Assembly (NCBI GenBank): GCA_030390025.1
Contig: JASTWF010000034.1
Location: 1,426,001-1,490,000, forward strand
Source: Squalus acanthias
Taxonomy: Eukaryota
DNA: 64,000 bases
Direction of reading: 5' to 3'
Part shown: piece after piece, positions 1 through 12,824 of the stretch
Layout: the number at the start of each line of letters is the position of its first letter
Position numbering within the stretch: position 1 is the first letter of the stretch
Notes under the pieces: model-generated
What the model saw: the letters and a program-made list of their open reading frames with translations, nothing else
Told to the model about the DNA's origin: nothing
Database searches by the model: none
Translations under genes and position numbers: made by a program

Positions 1-59
1 TCTGTTCTGAATTTCTGTCCTGTACTTACAGTAATGACTTTTGAAATCTCCTTTTACAG

Positions 60-680
60 GGTATTAGAAGGGGACGATTTGTAGACAAGAAACTCAAACC
101 AAACATCACGCCAGGATCTGACTCACTCGATTCATCAAGACCTGAATATCATCGACATTTGAATGCAGAAGGAGAAATCTTTCTCTGTTCTTGTGTTTGG
201 GAAAGGATTTCAAACACTTTGTGACTGGGAAAGCACCGAGACCCATTCACACTTGAGCGAGAGTGTTCCAGTGCACTGACTGTGGAGAGAGCTGTAACCA
301 GCTACACAGCCTGAAAAAACTTCACACCATTCACAGCGGGGAGAAACCGTACACGTGTTCTGTGTGTGGACAAGGCTTCAACTGATCGTCCCACCTGGAG
401 AGACAGATGGACCATGGAGAAACCGCGGGAATGTGGGGACTGTGAGAAGGGATTCAATTATCCGTCTGAGATACAAATTCATCGGCGCAATTACACTGGG
501 GAGAGACTCCGTGCATGGGAAGGGCTTAATTCGTTCACCCTCCCTGCTGAAACACCAGCGAGTTCACACTGGAGAGAATCAGTTCACCTGCTCTGCGTGT
601 GTGAAGGGATTCACAAGGTCATCCAGTCTGCTGAAACACCAGCGAATTCACTCTGACAGCAGACCTTTTAAAAGTTCTTG
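60..680 (+). pseudogene. Decayed C2H2 (Kruppel-type) zinc-finger array exon
   Basis: Acceptor-like cttttacag at 51-59. Finger and linker remnants in shifting frames ([81 protein letters not shown]), with an in-frame stop, frameshifts and lost Cys/His ligands. Confidence 0.85.
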
Positions 681-1019
681 TAAGGATTGGTATGTACAGA
701 TTATTAAATAGAGTCCACTGGTTGAGATATAGAATTATATCAATATTAAGCAAGAATAACTAGTGATTAAGTTAAGTTAAAACACAGTCCAGAAAGACGC
801 ACATCTGCTGCCGAGCATGGGAGAGTGTGAAGATTGAATTTATTGCCAGCAGCGAGTCTGGAGGACTGCTGGGGAGTGTGGCCAGAGAATCAGTCCCTTT
901 TGTAAAGGACATTGGAAGCTGTGAGGGTTTGAAGGTTACAGAAGCAGGTAATTAACACTCCTGTGTGGGAGAGTAACGAACAAACTGATAGAGATCAATG
1001 GGCAAGCACAAGGAATGGT

Positions 1020-1470
1020 AACAGCTCACCTCCCCACTAAACCAGCAGCTCACCTCCCCACTAAACCAGCAGCTCACCTCCCCACTAAACCAGCAGCTCA
1101 CCTCCCCACTAAACCAGCAGCTCACCTCCCCACTAAACCAGCAGCTCACCTCCCCACTAAACCAGCAGCTCACTGGCCCACTAAACCAGCAGCTCACTGG
1201 CCCACTAAACCAGCAGCTCACCTCCCCACTAAACCAGCAGCTGACTCCCCACTAAACCAGCAGCTCACTCCCCACTAAACCAGCAGCTCACTGGCCCACT
1301 AAACCAGCAGCTCACTGGCCCACTAAACCAGCAGCTCACTGTCCCACTTAACCAGCAGCTCACTGGCCCACTAAACCAGCAGCTCACTGGCCCACGAAAC
1401 CAGCAGCTCACTGGCCCACTCAACCAGCAGCTCACTGGCGCACTCAACCAGCAGCTCGCCTTCCCACTGA
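1020..1470. repeat. 24-bp minisatellite (CAGCAGCTCACCTCCCCACTAAAC)n
   Basis: Direct tandem units are visible; the ORF track shows an 8-aa period (AAHLPTKP). Confidence 0.95.
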
Positions 1471-1479
1471 ATCACTGTG

Positions 1480-4050
1480 TTAAAGTGAGGGGAGTGGGGT
1501 ATATCAGTGTTACAGTGAGGGGTGTGGGGTATATCAGTGTTACAGTGAGGGCTGTGGGGTATATCCGAGTTACAGTGAGGGGTGTGGGGTATTTTAGTGT
1601 TACAGTGAGGGGTGTGGGGTATATCAATGTTACAGTGAGGGGTATATCAGTGTTACAGTTAGGGGTGTGGGGTATATTAGTGTTAAAGTGACGGGTGTGG
1701 GGTATATCAGTGTTACAGTGAGTGGTGTGGGGTATTTCAGTGTTACAGTGAGGGGTGTAGGGTATAACAGTGTTAGTGAGGGGTGTGGGTTATTTCAGTG
1801 TTACAGTGATGAGTGTGGGGTATATCAGTGTTACAGTGAGGGTTGTGGGGTATATCAGTGTTACAGTGAGGGGTGTGGGGTATTTCAATGTTACAGTGAG
1901 TGGTATATCAGTGTTACAGTTAGGGGTGTGCGGTATATCAGTGTTACAGTGAGGGGTGTGGGGTATATCAGTGTTACAGTGAGTGGTGTGGGGTATATCA
2001 GTGTTACAGTGAGGGGTGTGGGGTATATCTGAGTTACAGTGAGGAGTGTGGGGTATATCGGTGTTACAGTGAGGGGTGTGGGGTATATCAGTGTTACAGT
2101 GAGGGGTGTGGGGTATATCAGTGTTACAGTGAGGGGTGTGGAGTATATCAGTGTTACAGTGAGGGGTGTGGGGTATATCAGTGTTACATTGAGGGGTGTG
2201 GAGCATATCAGTGTTACAGTGAGGGGTGTGGCGTATATCAGTGTTACAGTGAGGGGTGTGGAGTATATCAGTGTTACAGTGAGGGGTGTGGGGTATATCA
2301 GTGTTACAGTGAGGGGTGTGGAGTATATCAGTGTTACAGTGAGGGGTGTGGGGTATATCAGTGTTACAGTGAGGGGTGTGGAGTATATCAGTGTTACAGT
2401 GAGGGGTGCGGGGTATATCAGTGTTACAGTGAGGGGTGTGGAGTATATCAGTGTTACAGTGAGGGGTGTGGGGTATATCAATGTTACAGTGAGGGGTGTG
2501 GGGTATGTCAGTGTTACAGTGAGGGGTGTGGGGTATATCAATGTTACAGTGAGGGGTGTGGGGTATATCAGTGTTCCAGTGAGTGGTGTGGGGTATATCA
2601 TTGTTACAGTGAGGGGTGTGGATTATATCAGTGTTACAGTGAGGGGTGTGGGGTATATCAGTGTTACAGTGAGGGGTGTGGGGTATATCAGTGTTACAGT
2701 GAGGGGTGTGGAGTATATCAGTGTTACAGTGAGGGGTGTGGGGTATATCAATGTTACAGTGAGGGGTGTGGGGTATATCAGTGTTACAGTGAGGGGTGTG
2801 GGGTATATCAATGTTACAGTGAGGGGTGTGGGGTATATCAGTGTTACAGTGAGTGGTGTGGGGTATATCATTGTTACAGTGAGGTGGTGTGGGTTATATC
2901 AGTGTTACAGTGAGGGTTGTGGGGTATATCAGTGTTACAGTGAGGGGTGTGGGGTATATCAGTGATACAGTGAGGGGTGTGGGGTATATCCGTGTTACAG
3001 TGAGGGGTGTGGGGTATATCATTGTTACAGTGAGGGGTGTGGGTTATATCAGTGTTACAGTGAGGGGTGTGGGGTATATCAGTGTTACAGTGAGGGGTGT
3101 GGGGTATATCAGTGTTACAGTGAGTGGTGTGGGGTATATCCGTGTTACAGTGAGGGGTGTGGGGTATATCATTGTTACAGTGAGGGGTGTGGGTTATATC
3201 AGTGTTACAGTGAGGGGTGTGGGATATATCAGTGTTACAGTGAGGGGTGTGGGGTATTTCAATGTTACAGTGAGGGGTATATCAGTGTTACAGTGAGGGG
3301 TGTGGGGTATATCAGTGTTACAGTGAGGGGTGTGGGGTATATCAGTGTTACAGTGAGGGGTGTGGGGTATATCAGTGTTACAGTGAGGGGTGTGGGGTAT
3401 ATCAGTGTTACAGTGAGGGGTGTGGAGTATATCAATGTTACAGTGAGGGGTGCGGGGTATATCAGTGTTACAGTGAGGGGTGTGGGGTATATCAATGTTA
3501 CAGTGAGGGGTGTGGGGTATATCAGTGTTACAGTGAGGGGTGCGGGGTATATCAGAGTGTTACAGTGAGGGGTGTGGAGTATATCAATGTTACAGTGAGG
3601 GGTGTGGGGTATATCAGTGTTACAGTGAGTGGTGTGGGGTATATCAGTGTGGGGTATATCAGTGTTACAGTGAGGGGTGTGGGGTATATCAGTGTTACAG
3701 TGAGGGCTGTGGGGTATATCAGTGTTACAGTGAGGGGTGTGGGGTGTATCAGTGTTACAGTGAGGGGTGTGGGGTATATCAGTGTTACAGTGAGGGGTGT
3801 GGGGTATATCAGTGTTACAGTGAGGGGTGTGGGGTATATCAGAGTGTTACAGTGAGGGGTGTGGGGTATATCAGTGTTACAGTGAGGGGTGTGGGGTATA
3901 TCAGTGTTACAGTGAGGGGTGTGGGGTATATCAGTGTTACAGTGAGGGGTGTGGGGTATATCAGTGTTACAGAGAGGGGTGTGGAGTATATCAGTGTTAC
4001 AGTGAGGAGTGTGGGGTATATCAGTGTTATAGTGAGGGGTGTGGGGTCTA
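1480..4050 (+). repeat. 30-bp minisatellite (CAGTGAGGGGTGTGGGGTATATCAGTGTTA)n
   Basis: About 2.6 kb of tandem units; 10-aa period in the ORF track (VRGVGYISVT). Confidence 0.97.
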
Positions 4051-4051
4051 T

Positions 4052-4170
4052 CAAAAGGGGTTTGGATAAGTGGGACTTGCTGAAGTGCTCTTGCAGAGAG
4101 CCGGCACGGGCTCGATGGGCCGTAAGGCCTCCTTCTGTGCTGTAACCATTCTATGATTGATTCTATAGAG
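4052..4170 (+). mobile_element. CR1-type LINE 3' end
   Basis: gagagccggcacggg..gatgggccg..ggcctccttctgtgctgtaa followed by a ttctatga-type tail; the same terminus occurs at about 60180-60250. Confidence 0.7.
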
Positions 4171-4262
4171 GTCATGATGCGGAGATGCCGGTGTTGGACT
4201 GGGGTGGACAAAATTGAGAGGTCGCACAACACCAGGTTATAGTCCAACAGTTTTATTTGAAA

Positions 4263-4300
4263 TCACAAGCTTTCGGAGCTATCGCTCCTTCCTCAGGTGA
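4263..4300 (-). ncRNA. Minimal type I hammerhead ribozyme in the Penelope pLTR
   Basis: Minus strand reads tcac-CTGAGGA-a-ggagc-gata-gctcc-GAAA-gc-TT-gtga: conserved core, stems I and II, and a palindromic AAGCTT stem III. Confidence 0.75.
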
Positions 4301-4632
4301 AGTAAATTGGATACAGAATCGCCAGAGCATATATAGATGGAAAACAAAGCATGTGTACTTTACAATTGCAGACCAATAAATTAAATCATCCTGACTATCT
4401 GCCGAGGTGTGATAAAGTTAATTAAGTCAGCCAGGAAGGTACCACATCAAAAGACATAGCAAGATACAACTGAGACAATGAGGTGTAGTCGCAGGGGTTC
4501 TAACGTGTCAAAAGCTGCCGTCTGTATGTAAAACGAAAAGCTTTAAAAAAATTTACTTTTTTACTGGGAAAATTTTTACTTTTTTACTGGGAATCACATC
4601 TGTGAACAAGCTAACGATGACTCGAGTCCGGA

Positions 4633-5218
4633 TCACGTCATGTATCGTGACATAAACCCAAGATCCCGATTGAGACCGTCTTCATGAGTGCGGAACTTGG
4701 CTATCAGTTTCTGCTCGATGATTTTGCGTTGTCGTGTGTTTCTAAGGTTGCCTTGGAGAACGCTTACCCGCAGATCCGAGGCTGAATGTCCTTGACTGCT
4801 GAAGTGTTCCCCGACTGGGAGGTAACAATCCTGCCTGGCGATTGTTGCGCGGTGCTCGTTCATACGTTGTCTCAGTGTCTGCATGGTCTCGCCGATGTAC
4901 CATGCCGCGGTGCATTCTTTCCTGCAACGTATGAGGTAGACAACGTTGGCCGAGTCACATGAGTATGTACCATGTACCTGGTGGGTAGTGTCCTCACGTG
5001 TGATGGTGGTATCTGTGTTGATGATCTGGCATGTCTTGCAGAGTTTGCCATGGCAGGGTTGTGTGGTGTCGTGGTCGCTGTTATCCTGAAAGCTGGGTAA
5101 TTTGCTGCGAACGATGGTACTTCTGAGGTTAGGCGGCTGTTTGAAGGCAAGTAGTGGAGGCGTGGGGATGGCCTTAGCGAGGTGTTTGTCGTCATCGATG
5201 ACATGTTGAAGGCTGCGA
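4633..5218 (-). pseudogene. Penelope-like ORF C-terminus (linker plus GIY-YIG endonuclease), 5'-truncated, no RT core
   Basis: CHGKLCKTC..CDSANVVYLIRCRKECTAAWYIGETMQTLRQRMNEH..VGEHF..EQKLIAKF..GLNRD, the Penelope-type GIY-YIG signature. Confidence 0.9.
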
Positions 5219-5794
5219 CAACATGTCATCGATGACGACAAACACCTCGCTAAGGCCATCCCCACGCCTCCACTACTTGCCTTCAAACAGCCGCCTAACC
5301 TCAGAAGTACCATCGTTCGCAGCAAATTACCCAGCTTTCAGGATAACAGCGACCACGACACCACACAACCCTGCCATGGCAAACTCTGCAAGACATGCCA
5401 GATCATCAACACAGATACCACCATCACACGTGAGGACACTACCCACCAGGTACATGGTACATACTCATGTGACTCGGCCAACGTTGTCTACCTCATACGT
5501 TGCAGGAAAGAATGCACCGCGGCATGGTACATCGGCGAGACCATGCAGACACTGAGACAACGTATGAACGAGCACCGCGCAACAATCGCCAGGCAGGATT
5601 GTTACCTCCCAGTCGGGGAACACTTCAGCAGTCAAGGACATTCAGCCTCGGATCTGCGGGTAAGCGTTCTCCAAGGCAACCTTAGAAACACACGACAACG
5701 CAAAATCATCGAGCAGAAACTGATAGCCAAGTTCCACACTCATGAAGACGGTCTCAATCGGGATCTTGGGTTTATGTCACGATACATGACGTGA
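5219..5794 (+). pseudogene. Mirror copy of the Penelope GIY-YIG ORF fragment
   Basis: Open frame from QHVIDDDKH to FMSRYMT*; reads KFHTHE where the left copy reads KFRTHE. Confidence 0.9.
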
Positions 5795-6126
5795 TCCGGA
5801 CTCGAGTCATCGTTAGCTTGTTCACAGATGTGATTCCCAGTAAAAAAGTAAAAATTTTCCCAGTAAAAAAGTAAATTTTTTAAAAACTTTTCGTTTTACA
5901 TACAGACGGCAGCTTTTGACACGTTAGAACCCCTGCGACTACACCTCATTGTCTCAGTTGTATCTTGCTATGTCTTTTGATGTGGTACCTTCCTGGCTGA
6001 CTTAATTAACTTTATCACACCTCGGCAGATAGTCAGGATGATTTAATTTATTGGTCTGCAATTGTAAAGTACACATGCTTTGTTTTCCATCTATATATGC
6101 TCTGGCGATTCTGTATCCAATTTACT

Positions 6127-6164
6127 TCACCTGAGGAAGGAGCGATAGCTCTGAAAGCTTGTGA
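6127..6164 (+). ncRNA. Minimal type I hammerhead ribozyme in the Penelope pLTR (mirror copy)
   Basis: tcac-CTGAGGA-a-ggagc-gata-gctct-GAAA-gc-TT-gtga; one G-C pair of stem II becomes G-U. Confidence 0.72.
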
Positions 6165-6239
6165 TTTCAAATAAAACTGTTGGACTATAACCTGGTGTTG
6201 TGCGACCTCTCAATTTTGATTCTATAGAGCCAGAGATGT

Positions 6240-6730
6240 ACAACATCAATAACTTGTATTCAAATAGCGCCTTTAACGTAGTTAAACGTCCCAAGTCGCT
6301 TCACAGGAGTATTTTAAGACAAACAATTTTGACATTGAGCCACAGAAGGATAAATTCGGACAGGTGAATAAAACCTTGGTCAAAGTGGTAGGGTTTAAGG
6401 AGCGTCTTCAAGGAGTAAAGAGAGGTAGCGAGGCGGAGAGGTTTAGGTTGGGAATTCCAGAGCTTAGGGCCTCGGCAACAGAAGGCACGGCCACCAAATG
6501 TTGAGCGATTATAATCAGGGATGTTCAAGAGGGCAGAATTAGAGGAGCGCAGATATCTCTGGGGGTTATGGGGCTGAAGGAGATTAGAGATAGGAAGGGA
6601 GGAGACGGGCGATGTTACGGAGGTGGAAATCGGCGGCCTTTGTTATGTCACCAAAGGGCAACATGTATATGAGAAATAGGAGGGGGCCAAGGGGTCAACC
6701 GAGGTAACGATTTGGGAGCGGGAAGAGAGG
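6240..6730 (-). mobile_element. L2-type LINE 3' fragment
   Basis: Translation GGRAFCCRGPKLWNSQP..LKTLLKPYHF resembles an L2 ORF2 C-terminus; tail aacttgtattcaaatagcgcc. Confidence 0.7.
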
Positions 6731-7065
6731 CTGACTGATATTCTGATCCTCTCCGCACAGTATGATCCCAGTACCAGACGGATCCCTCACTGTGCAGAGA
6801 GAGAGAGACAGTGAGGGAGCAGATATGTAGAGAAGGAAAGAAATACTGGGGTAGAGCTTGACGTTTAATAGGTGCGATAGTACAAATTGGGTAATTGTGA
6901 ATCAGCCACCCATTTTACTCCGATGGAAATAAAACTCGGGAGAGATGTTGGGCAGGATCCCGGTTCATTCCCGGAGACGGAGCTGATTGTGCACCCTGTG
7001 TTCATTCCCAGTGAGACTGCACACCAGGAGCAGAGCCTGGTCAATGTGACCCTGTGACACCTCGA

Positions 7066-7820
7066 GTGGGAGGGGCTCCGGCCGCTTTGTGACATCGTTC
7101 CTGGCTGCTGTGTGATGTCACCTGGAGACAGGGCCTCACCCCTGGTTACAGCCCATCAGTGGGAGATCAGTGTGGGAGGAGCTGGAGTGACAGCTGACTC
7201 TGGGGTGAGTTTAGTCCCAATAAACAGGGCAATGGACAGAAAAGAACTATTCAATATTAAAGTAAGTAATTCAAAAACACTGATTAATTGCAAAAATCAT
7301 CAAATTGAATATATTTATGGTCACAAAAATGCTCCCCCTGTATTCTGGGATTAATATGAATCATTTTACTGTTGACAGTCTCTGGGAGTGAGCAATATCT
7401 CAGGAAGGTGGAGAGAGAGAAGTCGAATCATCGCCACACTGACTGGGACTGGAGAAATGTCGCTGGTTTCACAGAGCAGATCTGGTGGGATCGAGAGCCC
7501 CAGTGTCGGAGACGGGATAAAACGGGAAGCTTCAACAATGATTGGAAAGGTGAGGAACTTTACTGAGAATCCCATCAGTCCAGGATTTTGCTGAGGTGAG
7601 AGTCTAACCAGATACTGGGAGCTGCTCAACATCTGCCATCAGGCTCGGCCTTTGATGTGGCAAGTTGAGCGGAGCTTAACTCGTCGATAAACCTTGCCCG
7701 TACCTCACCCGGGAGTGTTTCACACTTGCATATAGTGAGATCTTTATTCTGTATTCATCCCATGCTGTACCCGAGCTGGTTGTGCTTCATTGGGTAGTGT
7801 CAAGGGAGCTGTACGCTGCA
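7066..7820 (+). other. Duplicated promoter-like and two-exon module, copy 1 (donor at 7205; exon 7379-7595)
   Basis: Homologous to 16089-16875. Contains TGATGTCA, ggg|GTGAGT, ttgacAG| and ctgag|GTGAGA. Product not identified. Confidence 0.6.
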
Positions 7821-8380
7821 CATGCTGTATTAGAGGGAGCTTTGCATGTCACCCGCGCTGTACCTGCCCTGCGAGTGTTTGAGTTGACAGTGCAGAGGAA
7901 GGTTTAGTCTGTATCTCTCGATCTAACCCGTGCTGTGCGTGCCCTTGGACTGTTTGATTGGACAGTGTAAAGGGAGCTTTACTCTGTCTCTCTCTATCTC
8001 ACCCGTACTGTACCTGCCCTTGGACTGTTTGATTGGGCAGTGTAAAGGGAGCTTTACTCTGTATCTCTCGATCTAACCCATGCTATACCTGCCGTTAGAC
8101 TATTTGATTGGACAGTGTAAAGAGAGCTTTACTCTGTATCTCTCTATCTCATCCGTGCTGTACCTGCCCTTGGACTGTTTGATTGTACAGTGTAAAGGGA
8201 GATTTACTCTGTATCTCTCCATCTAACCGGTGCTATACCTGCCCTTGGACTGTTTGATTGTACAGTGTAAAGGGAGATTTACTCTATCTCTCGAGCTAAC
8301 CGGTGCTATACCTGCCCTTGGACTATTTGATTGGGCAGTGTAAAGGGAGCTTTACTCTGTGTATAACTCATGCTACATGC
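7820..8380 (+). repeat. 67-bp satellite family, local 75-bp variant
   Basis: gtgtaaagggag recurs at 7965 and 8040; the unit carries about 8 extra bp relative to the 67-bp consensus. Confidence 0.9.
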
Positions 8381-8469
8381 AGGAAGATTGTGGCAAATGG
8401 AATTCAATCCGAAGAAGCGTGAGGTAATGCATTTGGGGAGGGCTGACAAGTCAACGGATCCTACACTGA

Positions 8470-9535
8470 GGAACATAGGAAGAGGAGTCGGCCATTTAGC
8501 CCCTCGAGCCTGTTGCCCCATTCAATGCGATCATTGACTGATCTGCTATCTAACTCCATAAACCCACCTTTGGCCCATATCCCTTCATACCTTTGGTTAA
8601 CAAAAAGCAATAAATCTCCGATTTAAAATTAACAATTTATCTAGCATCAATTGCCGTTTGTGGAAGAGAGTTCCAAATTTCTCCCACTTTGTGTGTCGAA
8701 GTGTTTCCTAATTTCACTCCTGAATGGACTGCCTCTAATTCTTAGACTGTGCCTCCAGTCCCAGTATCCCCACCAATGGAAATAGTTTCTCGCTATCTAC
8801 TCTATCTGTTCCCCTTAATATCCTGAAAACTTCGCTCAGATCACCCCTTAACCTTCTAAATTCTAGGGAATAGAACCCGAATTTGTGTAATCTCTCCTCC
8901 TAACTTAACCCTTGAAGTCTGGGTATCATTCTGGTAAACCTGCGCTGCACTCCCTCCAAGGCCAATATATCCTTCCTAAGATGTGGTGCCCAGAACTGCT
9001 CACAGTACTCCAGGTGTGGTCTAACCAGGGTTTTGTATAGCTGCAGAATAACTTCTACCCCTTGTAATCTCGTCCTTTTGATATAAAGGCCAGCATTCCA
9101 TGAGCCTTTTTGATTATTTTCTGTACCTGTCCATGACATTTCAATGATCTATGTACCTGGACCCCCCAAGTCTCTTTGGACATCCACTGTTTTTAGCTTT
9201 TCACCATTTAGAAAGTCACCTGTTCTATCCTTTTCGGGTCCAAAGTGATTGACCTCACATTTGCTTACATTGAAATCCATTTGCCATATTTTTGCCCATT
9301 CCCTTAATCTGTCAATATCCCTTTGTAATTTTATGGTTTCACCTACACTGCCTGCAATGCTGCCTATCTTTGTGTCATCGGCACATTGGGGTATATGACT
9401 TTCTATGACATCACCGAAGTCATTAATAAATATTGTGAATAGCTGAGGCCCCAAAACACAGCCCTGCCGGACACCACGAGACACATCCTGCCAATTTGAG
9501 TACCTACCCATTTATCCCTACGCTGTATCCTGACG
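8470..9535 (-). mobile_element. CR1 LINE 3' portion (RT C-terminus and tail), decayed
   Basis: [47 protein letters not shown]. Confidence 0.9.
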
Positions 9536-9789
9536 CTTTATAAAGGGTTATAAAGGATTATGCTGGGTTATAAATGAATATGAAGTATTATGATATATAA
9601 AGGTTGATAATAGAATATAAAGTGTTATGATGAATGTTTAAGGAATATAAAGGGATTTGAATGGGGTACAAAGTGATGCAAAATATGATAAAGGGACATG
9701 ACCCTTTATAAATCATTATAATCCTTAATAACCCGTTATACACCTTTTGTAAATGATTATTAAGGATTCTAACGTTATAAAGTGTTATG

Positions 9790-12700
9790 AGGCTCCCACT
9801 ACACTGTCCCATCAAACAGTCCCAGTGCAGGTACAGCATTTGTTAGATTCTTAGTAAAGATCCCTCTGCACTGTCCCATCAAACACTCGCAGGTTAGGTA
9901 CAGCGTGGGTTAGATACAGAGTAAAGCGCACAATACACTGCCCGTCAAGCACTCCCAGGGCAGGTACAGCAAGGTTTAGATACAGAGTAAAGAGCCCTCT
10001 TCACAATACCATCAAACACTCCCAGGGCAGGTACAGCAAGGTTTAGATACAGAGTAAAGAGCCCTCTACACAATCCCATCAAACACTCCCGAACAGGTAC
10101 AGCAAGGTTTAGATACAGAGTAAAGCTCCCTCTACACTGTCCCAACACACACTCCCAGGGCAGGTTGAGTATGGGTTAGATACAGAGTAATGCACCCTCC
10201 ACATTATGCCATCAAACACTCCCAGGTCATGTACAGCACGGGTTAGATACAGAGTAAAGCTGTCTCGACACTGTGCCAACAAGCATTCCCAGGCAGCTAC
10301 AGCAGGAGTTAGATGCAGAGTAAAGCTCCCTCTACACTGTCCCATCAAACACTCCCAGGGCAGGAACAGTACGGTTTAGATACAGATTAAAGATCCCTCT
10401 ACACTGTCCCATCAAACATTTCCAGGGCAGGTACAGCACGGGTTAGATACAGAGTAATGCTCTCGCTACACTGTCCCATCAAACACCCACATGTCAAGTA
10501 CATTACAAGTAAGATACAGAGTAAATCTGCCACTACACTTTCCCATCAATGACTCCCAGGGCAGATACAGCACGGGTTAGATACAGAGTAAAGCTCCCTC
10601 TACACTGTCGTTTCAATACTTGCCAGGGCAGGTATATCACAGTTTAGCTGCAGAGTAAAGATCATTCTAAAAGGACCCATCAAACACTCCCAGGGCAGCT
10701 ACAGCACAGGGTAAGATACAGAGTAAAGCTTCCTCTACTCTGTCCCATCGTACTGTCCCAGGCAGTTACAGCCCGGGTTAAATACCGAATAAAACTCCCT
10801 CTATACTATACCATCAAAGACTCTCAGGTCAGGTACAGCACAGGTAAGATACAGAGTAAGGTTGCCTATACACTGTTGCATCAAACAATCGCAGGCCGTT
10901 GCAGCACGGGTTAGATGCAGAGTAAAGATCCCTGTACAGAATCCCATCACACTCCCAGGGCAGGTGCAGCAATGGTTACATACAGAGTAACGCTCCCACT
11001 GCACTGTCCCATCAAACACTCCCAGGGCAGGTAAAGCGCTGGGTTAGATACTGAGTAAAGCTCCCTGTACACTATCACATCAAACACTCCCAGGTCTGGA
11101 ACAGCACGGGTTAGATACAGAGTAAAGACCCCTCTATCCTGTTCCTACAAACACTCCCAGGCCAGGTACTGCATGGGCAAGATACAGAGTATAGCTCACT
11201 ATACATTGTGCCATCAAACACACCAAGGGCAGATACAACAATGGTTAGACATGGAGTAGAGCTCCCTCTACACTGTCCCATCAAACATTCACGAGGCAGG
11301 TGCAGCATGGATTAGATATGAAATGAAGCTACCTCTACACTGTTGCATCAAACACACGCAGGACAGGTACAGCACAGGTTAGTTGCAGAGTAAAGTTCCC
11401 TCTACACTGTCCCATCAAACATTTCCAGTTTAGGTACAGCATAGGTAAGATGCAGAGTAAAGATACCTATACACTGTCCCATTAAAACACTCCCAGGACA
11501 GGTACAGAACAGGTAAGATGAAGAGTAAAGATCCCTCTACAGAATCACATTATACACTCCCAGGGCAGGTAAGCACAGGTTATTACAGAGTAAAGTTCCC
11601 TCTACACTGTCGCATCAAACACTCCCAGGGCAGGTGCAGCACGGGTTAGATACAGAGTAAAGCTCCCTCTACACTGTCCCATCAAACACTCCCAGGGCAG
11701 GTACAGCACAGGTTAGATATAGAGTAAAGCTCCCTATACACTGTCGCATCAACCACTCCCAGGGCAGGTGTAGCACGGGTTAGATACAGAGTAAAGCTCC
11801 CTCTACAAAGACCCATCAAACACTCCCAGGGCAGGCAGTGCACGGGTAAGGTACAGTGTAAAGCTCCCTCTGCACTGCCCCATCAAACACTGGCAGGGCA
11901 GGTAGTGCACGGGTTAGATCAAGAGTGAAGCTCCCTCTGCACTGTCCCATCAAACATTCCATGGGCAGGTACAGCACGGGTTAGATACAGAGTAAAGCTT
12001 CCTCTACACTGTCCCATCAAACTTTCTCAGGCAGGTACAGCCCGCGTCAGATACCGAATAAAGCTCCCTCTGCACTGTCCCATCAAACACGCTCAGGGCA
12101 GGTACAGCACAAGTTAGATACCGAATAAAGCTCCCTCTGCACTGTCGCATCAAACACTCGCAGGGCAAGTAGTGCATGGGTTAGCTGCAAGAGTAAAGCT
12201 CCCTCTACAAAGACCAATCGAACACTGCCAGGGCAGGTACAGCTCAGGGATTGATGCAAATTAAAGCTTCCTCTACACTGTCCCTTCAAATATTCCCAGC
12301 AAGATACAGCTCGGGTTAGATACAGTGTTAAGCTCCCTCTACAAAGACCCTTCAAATACTCCCAGGGCAGGTACAGCACGGGTTAGATACAGAGTAAAGC
12401 TCACTCTACAAATACCCATCAAACACTCCCAGGGCAGATACAGCACGATTTAGATACAGAGTAAAGCTCCCTCTACACTGTCCCATCAAACACTCCCAGG
12501 GCAGGTACAGCACGGGTTAGATACAGAGTAAAGCTCCCTCTACACTGCCCCATCAAACACTCCCAGGGCAGGTACAGCACGGGTTAGATACAGAGTAAAG
12601 CTCACTCTACAAATACCCATCAAACACTCCCAGGGCAGATACAGCACGGGTTAGATACAGAGTAAAGCTCCCTCTACAAATACCCATCAAACACTCCCAG

Positions 12701-12823
12701 GGCAGGTACAACACGGGTTCGATACAGAGTAAAGCTCCCTCGACACTGTCCCATCAAACACTCCCAGGGCAGATACAGCACGGGTTAGATACAGAGTAAA
12801 GCTCCCTCTACCCTGTTCCATCA
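9790..12823 (-). repeat. 67-bp satellite array (consensus TGGGACAGTGTAGAGGGAGCTTTACTCTGTATCTAACCCGTGCTGTACCTGCCCTGGGAGTGTTTGA), reverse orientation
   Basis: aaacactccc recurs at 12421 and 12488 (period 67); about 3 kb long. Confidence 0.95.
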
Positions 12824-12824
12824 A

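Larger units (their letters stand above)
4171..6218. mobile_element. Penelope-like element insertion: two 5'-truncated copies in inverted (tails-out) orientation forming a 2-kb palindrome
   Basis: Arms 4209-5208 and 5219-6218 are reverse complements around a 10-bp spacer. Both encode a GIY-YIG endonuclease. ATTCTATAGAG is directly repeated at 4160-4170 and 6219-6229. Confidence 0.92.

Noticed and set aside
952..4247. Long repetitive ORFs (VRGVGYISVT, AAHLPTKP and others) as proteins
   Set aside because: They arise from stop-free units whose length is a multiple of 3; they are open on both strands and have no gene structure.
4633..5325. 230-aa ORF as a complete standalone GIY-YIG gene
   Set aside because: Its first ~36 codons are antisense read-through from the opposite palindrome arm, not a true N-terminus.
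4209..6218. Palindrome as a pure sequencing fold-back artefact
   Set aside because: The arms differ at several sites, the ends are asymmetric, the flanks are unique and a TSD is present. Read-level confirmation is still needed.
6788..6794. CACTGTG as a V(D)J recombination signal heptamer
   Set aside because: No nonamer at 12 or 23 bp spacing and no Ig/TCR segment nearby.
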